Assembly (NCBI GenBank): GCA_002794465.1
Contig: MTSL01000022.1
Coordinates: forward strand, 12,093 to 18,118
Source: Paramicrosporidium saccamoebae KSL3
Lineage: Eukaryota; Fungi; Cryptomycota
Direction of reading: 5' to 3'
DNA length: 6,026 nucleotides
Of this stretch, positions 1 to 5,916 are shown one piece after another; position 1 is the stretch's first letter, and each line of letters opens with the position of its first letter. Position numbers and translations under genes: made by a program. The notes beneath the pieces were generated by a model, which saw only the letters and a program-made list of their open reading frames with translations, searched no databases and had not been told where the DNA came from.

Positions 1-30
1 ACTACGTCACAATATGGCCCGGGGGTGGCA

Positions 31-1251
31 ATGTTAATATGGATGACAATATGTCTGCTCACTATAATAGCACTAGCTGCTACCTCGCAGCCCATATCCA
101 AGCTCGACTACTTTAAACTGCTACGACAAGCGAATGAAGGGCTTGAGAATGATACGGGCTGTTATCAACCACTTTTTCATGTGCCACCCTTTTCAGAATA
201 TAGTGACAAATCATGTACTCGCCGAGACTTTAAGTATTTCAAGACAATCACCCAAAGTGAAGAGTCCCATATATACTTTGCACAACACAGTGCCGTAAAC
301 AAGATGGTAGTCATCAAAAGCGTCCAAAAAGCTTTTTTCGATTCGATCAGGATGGAAGAGATAGCTCTCTATGTGCTCAAGCACAAAAATATCCCGGATG
401 GTATTTGCACCTTTTCCGATATAGAGGGGGAAATGGTGGATTTGGTTATGAAATTTGATACCATTAAGACTCTCGAAATGTGGAAAGATGGTCCTGAGGC
501 TGCCAAAACCGACTTTCTTCGAAATGTGGCTCGCCAGATGGTGGAGGTGATGATTTATCTGCACGACCATTACATCGTCCATAACGACATTAAGCCCTCC
601 AATATTTTGGTATCCGACGAAGGAGTGGTCAAGCTGATTGATTACGGTCTGGCCACTATGTGTGCCCTCGATGGCACCACGGACGGAACCGGCACTCCGT
701 TATACAACTCCCCAGAGAAATTATCCGGACCTTACAATAATGGGGCAGACTGGTATGCACTTGGACTAACACTACTTGAAGTCAAGATGGGAGGACACCC
801 GTTTTATCATATCCGGGACTTGGATTATCTAGAAAAAGCTGCCAAAAAAGGAATAGTTGTAAACACGGGCGATTGCTTGTTTGATGACTTTGTCAAAATG
901 ATTATCCATGTAGATCCCGACCAGCGTTGGAGTCATGCGAATGGGAATGTGCCCAATATTCTAAACCATCCATTTCTCGCGGATCCAGACAATTTGACAG
1001 AGCCAAAGGCCCAGGTCGAGCCTGGCACACCACCGAATCTCAAGACAACGGAAAGGGCGCCTATTTCGGGTGGTGCAGTAACAAGTCATCACAACCGTGG
1101 TGTGCGACGGGCAGATGCACGCCAGATTGTTTATCGGTCGATAGTCCTGCTTACATATCTATTGTGGCTCGTGGTGGACCCAATCCACCATGTTCAAGGA
1201 ACAATGGCCCTCATATGGAACATTGATCAGTTAGAGGAATCCGTTTTATAA
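31..1251 (+). CDS. Predicted secreted or membrane-anchored Ser/Thr protein kinase (ePK fold, non-RD, glycine-free P-loop), 406 aa
   Basis: Kinase motifs occur in order: VVIK Lys (316-318), alphaC Glu (355-357; E-x8-H in EEIALYVLKHKNI), HNDIKPSN (580-603), DYG (640-648), GTPLYNSPE (691-717), DWYALG, DPDQR and HPF. ATG at 31 gives a hydrophobic N-terminus (MLIWMTICLLTIIALAATS). The ORF track's GTG at 25 is not a likely start. The frame is open to the window edge, so a more upstream start cannot be excluded. Confidence 0.9.
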   Translation: MLIWMTICLLTIIALAATSQPISKLDYFKLLRQANEGLENDTGCYQPLFHVPPFSEYSDKSCTRRDFKYFKTITQSEESHIYFAQHSAVNKMVVIKSVQKAFFDSIRMEEIALYVLKHKNIPDGICTFSDIEGEMVDLVMKFDTIKTLEMWKDGPEAAKTDFLRNVARQMVEVMIYLHDHYIVHNDIKPSNILVSDEGVVKLIDYGLATMCALDGTTDGTGTPLYNSPEKLSGPYNNGADWYALGLTLLEVKMGGHPFYHIRDLDYLEKAAKKGIVVNTGDCLFDDFVKMIIHVDPDQRWSHANGNVPNILNHPFLADPDNLTEPKAQVEPGTPPNLKTTERAPISGGAVTSHHNRGVRRADARQIVYRSIVLLTYLLWLVVDPIHHVQGTMALIWNIDQLEESVL

Positions 1252-1353
1252 AAACCGAACTATAACCATTACAACCAGCTCTCGTTTGGCGTGTGCAAAA
1301 AGATTTCTCTATATAGATTGTAGTGATACCAAGGACACTGTTATCCGTGCCAA

Positions 1354-1374
1354 CCAATGAGGACAATTGTTTAC
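1354..1374 (+). promoter_or_regulatory. CCAAT-N9-TGTTTAC module upstream of gene A
   Basis: CCAAT 1354-1358 (-60 from ATG) and TGTTTAC 1368-1374. The same arrangement recurs upstream of C and D. Confidence 0.65.
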
Positions 1375-1413
1375 TAAACAGTTACATTCCATCGGTGTGG
1401 GCAGTTGAGCAGC

Positions 1414-2331
1414 ATGAGGCTCCTCGTCGCCGCAATACTGACGCTAACTTCCATTCATGCATCCAAACAAGGGAAAATTAATACAATAGAAAGGGAGCTT
1501 GATGAAAGCTACTATGACGTCGATGCAGCCGTTGTTCCCAGCCTGAGACGGAACGTGCGCATCACTATTCCTCAGGAAAGTAAACATCAGTCCAAGAAAC
1601 AGAGCCAACAGCCCAAGAAAAGTGGCAAGGCCAAGAAATATGAGTACTATTCTGAAGAGTATACCACTGAAAGCTATGATTCTGAGGGATCTACCTATGA
1701 AGTATCAGATCCAGGTTCGGAATATATTCCCGAAGTATCAGAGTCAGATTCGGAATACATTTCTGAAGTATCAGAGTCAGATTCGGAATACATTTCCGAA
1801 GTATCAGCGTCAGATTCGGAATATCTTCCCGGAGTATCAGCGTCAGATTCGGAATATATTTCCGAAGTATCAGAGTCGGATCCGGATTATAGTCCCAAAG
1901 TATCGGATTCAGGTTCGGAATCTATTTCTGAGGTATCAGAGTCAAGTCCGGATTCATCTAGCGCCCCTACTGAGAGTGAATATTGGAGCACTTCGGACAT
2001 TGAAGACTTTACAGACGGCGCCGATGATCCTATGGAGGTGATAGAGACTGTTCTGAAAGATCCCACAGCATATACCGAGGAGGTGACAGACGTAATGCAG
2101 CAGCTTATTGATGCCGACGAAATTATAGTGGCGGCTGATTTGGCAAAAGTGCTCTGCGAAAAAGTCTACAGGAAGAAAGCAATTAATATACGGCTACCAA
2201 GCCGCAAACTAGATTCACAGGACACGCAGGATTTCCACGCCATCTGTGAGGCATGTCCCAACAAGACATCAAATTTCATGCAATTCTGCAGTTCAATCCA
2301 ACCCAGACAAATGAGAAATAAGCGGAACTAA
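1414..2331 (+). CDS. Putative secreted protein A (305 aa): signal peptide, basic patch, acidic Ser/Glu 11-aa repeats, C-terminal 4-Cys domain
   Basis: First ATG at 1414 (the track starts at TTG 1405) gives MRLLVAAILTLTSIHA. The in-frame 33-nt repeat preserves the frame. The C-terminal domain aligns with proteins B and C. Confidence 0.88.
   Translation: MRLLVAAILTLTSIHASKQGKINTIERELDESYYDVDAAVVPSLRRNVRITIPQESKHQSKKQSQQPKKSGKAKKYEYYSEEYTTESYDSEGSTYEVSDPGSEYIPEVSESDSEYISEVSESDSEYISEVSASDSEYLPGVSASDSEYISEVSESDPDYSPKVSDSGSESISEVSESSPDSSSAPTESEYWSTSDIEDFTDGADDPMEVIETVLKDPTAYTEEVTDVMQQLIDADEIIVAADLAKVLCEKVYRKKAINIRLPSRKLDSQDTQDFHAICEACPNKTSNFMQFCSSIQPRQMRNKRN
1717..1947 (+). repeat. Coding tandem repeat, 7 x 33 nt (11 aa, consensus SEYISEVSESD)
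   Basis: Units start at 1717, 1750, 1783, 1816, 1849, 1882 and 1915: SEYIPEVSESD / SEYISEVSESD / SEYISEVSASD / SEYLPGVSASD / SEYISEVSESD / PDYSPKVSDSG / SESISEVSESS. Confidence 0.95.
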
Positions 2332-2598
2332 ACTGTGACTCATTGACATTTTAGTCCGTAAGCATTGCCACAGTAAGCCTGCCCTTATAGCAATAACGTG
2401 TTGGATGTGGAAAACTATCGCCAGTCTGTTCATTAATGGAGATAATCTACTGTCATCGTGTTGGGACGTAGGATGTTCACATATTCAACTACCCACCCTC
2501 TTATCTTATGATCATACAGGGAATAAATAAGCTAGAAAATTCCGGTTATGGATGTAGACTTTTTATGCCCTGGTCCGGTATACTAACACTACGGACAT

Positions 2599-2618
2599 TG
2601 TTTACTTGTCGGTCCAAT
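2599..2618 (+). promoter_or_regulatory. TGTTTAC-N8-CCAAT module (swapped order) upstream of gene B
   Basis: TGTTTAC 2599-2605 and CCAAT 2614-2618 (-62 from ATG). The flank GGACATTGTTTACT nearly equals GGACAATTGTTTACT at gene A. Confidence 0.55.
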
Positions 2619-2675
2619 AAGCTGTAAGCGACTATTTAATCGTTGGATCGTCCGCTGGAGGGACAACAACACTCG

Positions 2676-3887
2676 ATGAAGATTCAACTGCTTGTAGCCT
2701 CTCTCCTTGCCTTGGGTACTGCCGGCCAGCTGGGCCAACGCCACCCCCAACGGATGAATTTCTGGCAAGACCTCGAACGCCAGCAGCAGCAGCCTCAACA
2801 GTACCAGCCCGGTCCAGCTCGACGCCGGGAACCCAATCCAAACCTTCAGAGTCGCCTCGACTTTTTCCAACAACAAGAACAGCCGATGCAGTACCAACGC
2901 GAGACCCCATATGCACGCGTCGGGGCGGGCATTAGAGAGCGTATGGGTGCATTCATGCAGCAACCGCAGCAAACAGTACGTGAACCAATGCGCTCGACAG
3001 GTGTGAGCCAAGGCGTTCAGGATCGGATGAGAGCGTTTGCACAACCGATGAATCAGCAGACATTGGGGCCGCAAAGAGGAAGCCGACTTAATATGGATAG
3101 TTATTCAGCGTTCAATCAGTCGGCACCCGCCCCAATGGAATCGAGACCGAGATATGAATATGCCAGTCGGACGCAGCATCAGCAATCCCCCCAGCAATAT
3201 TCTCCTCCCGAACCGACACCCTATGAAGCCCCGATACAATCTTATGAAAATGCTCCTCGGGAATACTCAGAGCCGTCCTTTGCTTATGAGCTTCAAAATG
3301 CACCGAAGGCTATGTATGATCATTCTCCCATAATGTCCACAGAACCGGCTTATTTGTACAATGAACCATTATTAGAGCGGGAGGGAGCGCAGCCTGCAAT
3401 GCCGACGGAGGAATACTCCTACCAGCCCGAACCCTCACCTGTACAATACCGTGAATCTGGCAGCAACGTTGCCGAGATGGCAAATCTCATGAACAGTAGA
3501 GCAAATTCATTCCACGCCCCGCCTGAATACAGTCCGCCAAACCCATACAATCCCGGTATGGAAGGTGATCTGGACCAGGCTATCGAAGATTTAAAGAATA
3601 TTAGAATCAAAGGTGCGGGCCTGAAGTCGGCTTTGGGAGTAATCGCAAATTCTCAAGACGCATCTGAAAGATTTATGGAGATTAAGAGCGCTCTGCAGAG
3701 ACGTACTAACAATAATCTCGTCGACGATGTTATATTGGCAGCAAAGACTCCGGGATTCTGTCAGAATGTTTTTGGAGAAAGATCTATTCCATTAACCATG
3801 CCACAGGGCAATCCACCGAAAGCTGCCCAGCTGTCCAAGACCCTGTGTGACTACTGTCGAAACTTGGTTAGAACTTGTAGAGCATGA
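2676..3887 (+). CDS. Putative secreted protein B (403 aa): signal peptide, Q/P/Y/R-rich disordered region with repeated amphipathic motifs, C-terminal 4-Cys domain
   Basis: First ATG at 2676 (the track starts at TTG 2643) gives MKIQLLVASLLALGTAG. Long ORF, AATAAA directly after the TGA, and C-terminal similarity to proteins A and C. Confidence 0.9.
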   Translation: MKIQLLVASLLALGTAGQLGQRHPQRMNFWQDLERQQQQPQQYQPGPARRREPNPNLQSRLDFFQQQEQPMQYQRETPYARVGAGIRERMGAFMQQPQQTVREPMRSTGVSQGVQDRMRAFAQPMNQQTLGPQRGSRLNMDSYSAFNQSAPAPMESRPRYEYASRTQHQQSPQQYSPPEPTPYEAPIQSYENAPREYSEPSFAYELQNAPKAMYDHSPIMSTEPAYLYNEPLLEREGAQPAMPTEEYSYQPEPSPVQYRESGSNVAEMANLMNSRANSFHAPPEYSPPNPYNPGMEGDLDQAIEDLKNIRIKGAGLKSALGVIANSQDASERFMEIKSALQRRTNNNLVDDVILAAKTPGFCQNVFGERSIPLTMPQGNPPKAAQLSKTLCDYCRNLVRTCRA

Positions 3888-3893
3888 AATAAA
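3888..3893 (+). terminator. Putative polyadenylation signal AATAAA of gene B
   Basis: Canonical hexamer immediately after the TGA (3885-3887). Confidence 0.55.
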
Positions 3894-4062
3894 ACCGTGA
3901 TTCGCATAGACTTGAAAAAATTGGCAGTAACTAGTGATCCAATTGCGTGTAGGGGCAACAGTCATCGTATAGCAGACACTCTAACGGAAGTAACTTTTAT
4001 CTAATCCCATATTAATTGTTCACTAGGGAACAAAAACGTCTGCGTACACCCTACGATAAACC

Positions 4063-4102
4063 CACCTACTCACCTACTCACCTACTCACACATCCACCTA
4101 CC
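4063..4102. repeat. 8-bp tandem repeat (CACCTACT) x3 plus 2 degenerate units
   Basis: CACCTACT at 4063, 4071 and 4079; CACACATC at 4087; CACCTACC at 4095. Confidence 0.85.
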
Positions 4103-4108
4103 AGTCAG

Positions 4109-4129
4109 CCAATTAGAAAAGTTGTTTAT
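4109..4129 (+). promoter_or_regulatory. CCAAT-N9-TGTTTAT module upstream of gene C
   Basis: CCAAT 4109-4113 (-62 from ATG) and TGTTTAT 4123-4129, followed by an AT-rich TATCTATATAT at about 4136-4146. Confidence 0.65.
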
Positions 4130-4170
4130 TCAACTATCTATATATTGATCCCCACGACGTTGAAACTTTA

Positions 4171-4893
4171 ATGAAGCTTTCAAGTCAGGTCCTCATTTCC
4201 TTACTGTTTTCTTCTGCTATTGCTGGTGGGTATCAGCAATCCGCCAGGTATAGAGACTTTGGCATCCCCCAAAGGGACCAGCCGAGCAAAAGAAATGTCC
4301 AGGCGGCACGAGCCCAGTTCGAAACCCAACCCGTTGCACCCGCAAGAGCCCCGTATTCACAACCAGCTCGACGTAAGCTGGATCCCTCAAGATATCCACA
4401 ACAGACATCGGCCGGATACACCAGAAGCTCAGTGGCACCGGTGCAGGCAAATTTGGTGCAACAACGGCGTGCAGCATTTGAGAGTGCGCCCGAACCTGTA
4501 GTGAGATCTACGCCACGACCAGTGCAACGTGCCATGTGGTCGCAGGCAGTCCAGCAGGAACCTGAAGAACCGCAAAACTATCAAAATATACAATTTGATG
4601 AGAAACCGGATGATCTTTTAAAGACTCTCTCGGATTACAATGTGTCGGGCAGAGAGCTATCTTTCGTGCTGGACATATTGGTGAGGACACCAAATGCATC
4701 CGATTATGCTTTGCCTATCCAAAGAGCCATACAGAATAAAATCTGGAAAGGACAGTTTGGAGATGCGGCTTTTATAGTCTCTTATCCAGGCTTCTGCAGA
4801 AAAGTGTTTGAGAGTTCCCATCCAATCTTTTACTTGCCCGATTCTAGCGAAGCTGATGAGTTGGATAATGCGATAAATCTTTATTGCTCATGA
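4171..4893 (+). CDS. Putative secreted protein C (240 aa): signal peptide, Q/P/R-rich region, C-terminal 2-Cys domain
   Basis: ATG at 4171 gives MKLSSQVLISLLFSSAIAGG. Ungapped 69-aa alignment to protein B (17 identities including PGFC..VF). N-terminus is similar to protein D. Confidence 0.9.
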   Translation: MKLSSQVLISLLFSSAIAGGYQQSARYRDFGIPQRDQPSKRNVQAARAQFETQPVAPARAPYSQPARRKLDPSRYPQQTSAGYTRSSVAPVQANLVQQRRAAFESAPEPVVRSTPRPVQRAMWSQAVQQEPEEPQNYQNIQFDEKPDDLLKTLSDYNVSGRELSFVLDILVRTPNASDYALPIQRAIQNKIWKGQFGDAAFIVSYPGFCRKVFESSHPIFYLPDSSEADELDNAINLYCS

Positions 4894-5117
4894 GGGAGTG
4901 GTGGAAACTCTGGATAAAGAATGTGATTGAATAGGACGTCCTTGCTACACAGAGTCACCCTACCAAGACTAATTCAACTGCCAGCCAAATTAAGATCAGA
5001 CCACACATTATAAGCAGGTGCAATTCATAAAAAGCTTGCTTTCCTACTAAATTGATAGAAACTAGAAGACTATATGATTATAGGATTTTACTATTACAGG
5101 GCTATATGGGCACTTGG

Positions 5118-5138
5118 CCAATAGCCGCAATTGTTTAC
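5118..5138 (+). promoter_or_regulatory. CCAAT-N9-TGTTTAC module upstream of gene D
   Basis: CCAAT 5118-5122 (-62 from ATG) and TGTTTAC 5132-5138. Confidence 0.65.
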
Positions 5139-5179
5139 CAAACATCTTACTTATTGGAGGGCTATGCAGGCGTCACTCT

Positions 5180-5635
5180 ATGAAGCTTTCAATCGTTTTC
5201 ATTGCTCCCGCCCTCTTCCTCACAGCTGAAGCAGGTGGTCGTTTCCCTCGATCCGAATACAGAAACCTCCATGCCGGTTACAATCAAACGAACGTAGGTG
5301 CTTTGAGAAATAGATACGAACAGGAAGCGCAACCGCAACAAAGTAGTTACGGCGGACAAAATGTCAGACGACTCGACAATTCGAGATACGACTTTTTAAA
5401 CAAGCCGTATGAGGGAACGCCCTCATATCGGGCCCCACCATCGAGATATCCGCCCCCACAACGACAGGCACCGGTGGAGGAGTACTATGACACTGACTTG
5501 TCCTATGTCCCCAACTCGTATTCAGTCCCCGGTAGAAACTACGAAAACCCCGACGGCAGTTACAATCTCTATGCACCACTCACCGTCACCAATACAGAAG
5601 AGTCACATCGACGCCGGCATGCTCCCTACTACTAA
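5180..5635 (+). CDS. Putative secreted protein D (151 aa): Tyr/Pro/Arg-rich, Cys-free, lacks the C-terminal domain
   Basis: First ATG at 5180 (the track starts at TTG 5114) gives MKLSIVFIAPALFLTAEAGG, 10/20 identical to the protein C N-terminus. AATAAA lies 17 nt after the stop. Confidence 0.85.
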   Translation: MKLSIVFIAPALFLTAEAGGRFPRSEYRNLHAGYNQTNVGALRNRYEQEAQPQQSSYGGQNVRRLDNSRYDFLNKPYEGTPSYRAPPSRYPPPQRQAPVEEYYDTDLSYVPNSYSVPGRNYENPDGSYNLYAPLTVTNTEESHRRRHAPYY

Positions 5636-5652
5636 CGACCATGTCAATTAGA

Positions 5653-5658
5653 AATAAA
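5653..5658 (+). terminator. Putative polyadenylation signal AATAAA of gene D
   Basis: Canonical hexamer 17 nt after the TAA. Confidence 0.5.
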
Positions 5659-5720
5659 AGGGATCTTGTAAGAATCAATCCATAGCAGCCAGGAAAGCCC
5701 GTTCAAGCCGACATTAAATC

Positions 5721-5876
5721 CCACCGGCTCATGGTAACATTCGATTCCACCGGCCCATGGTAACATTCAATTCCACCGGTCCGTGGTAACATCCAATTCC
5801 ACTGATTCATGGTAACATCCGATTCCACTGATTCATGGTAACATCCGATTCCACTGATTCATGGTAACATTTAATC
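5721..5876. repeat. 26-bp minisatellite, 6 units, invariant core TGGTAACAT
   Basis: Units start at 5721, 5747, 5773 (CCACCGG type) and 5799, 5825, 5851 (CCACTGATTC type). Units 4 and 5 are identical; the last is degenerate at its end. Confidence 0.95.
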
Positions 5877-5916
5877 AGTCTGGTCCAATTTATCACTCAG
5901 CCCGTCCGATTAAATT

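Noticed and set aside
1128-1134. TGTTTAT inside the kinase gene
   Set aside because: It is in coding sequence, has no CCAAT at the matching spacing, and is far from any ATG. It shows the 7-mer alone can occur by chance.
1717-1881. ITIM/ITAM mimicry by SEYISEV repeats
   Set aside because: Tyr+3 is Glu or Gly, not I/L/V, so the consensus is not met.
1622-2041. Overlapping 139-aa + strand ORF with KYQSQIRN repeats
   Set aside because: It is an alternative-frame shadow of the 33-nt repeat, which happens to lack stops in that frame.
2245-3857. CxxC in A and B as a thioredoxin or zinc-finger site
   Set aside because: There is no thioredoxin-fold context, paralogue C lacks the first Cys of the pair, and the predicted secretion favours structural disulfides.
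4288-4296. Kex2-processed repeat peptide precursors (KR before NVQAARAQFE; RR/RRR elsewhere)
   Set aside because: Dibasic sites do not consistently flank the repeated motifs and are expected in Arg-rich sequence.
2656-5161. TGGAGGG upstream of B (2656-2662) and D (5155-5161) as Shine-Dalgarno sites
   Set aside because: The spacers of 13 and 18 nt are long, the motif is absent from other genes, and the remaining signals are eukaryotic. A minor shared leader motif is not excluded.
1405-5180. TTG/GTG starts from the ORF track (25, 1405, 2643, 5114)
   Set aside because: The downstream ATGs expose clean signal peptides and put CCAAT at a constant -60/-62 for genes A-D. The 5114 extension would run through gene D's promoter module.
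211-5651. Other overlapping ORFs on either strand (for example 211..582, 927..1226, 2589..3074, 2632..2916, 4217..4477, 4220..4501, 4233..4535, 5364..5579, 5409..5651)
   Set aside because: They lie almost wholly within better-supported genes, show no recognisable motifs, and are expected shadows of coding sequence.
5721-5876. CRISPR array
   Set aside because: The units are head-to-tail with no unique spacers, there are no cas genes, and the context is eukaryotic.
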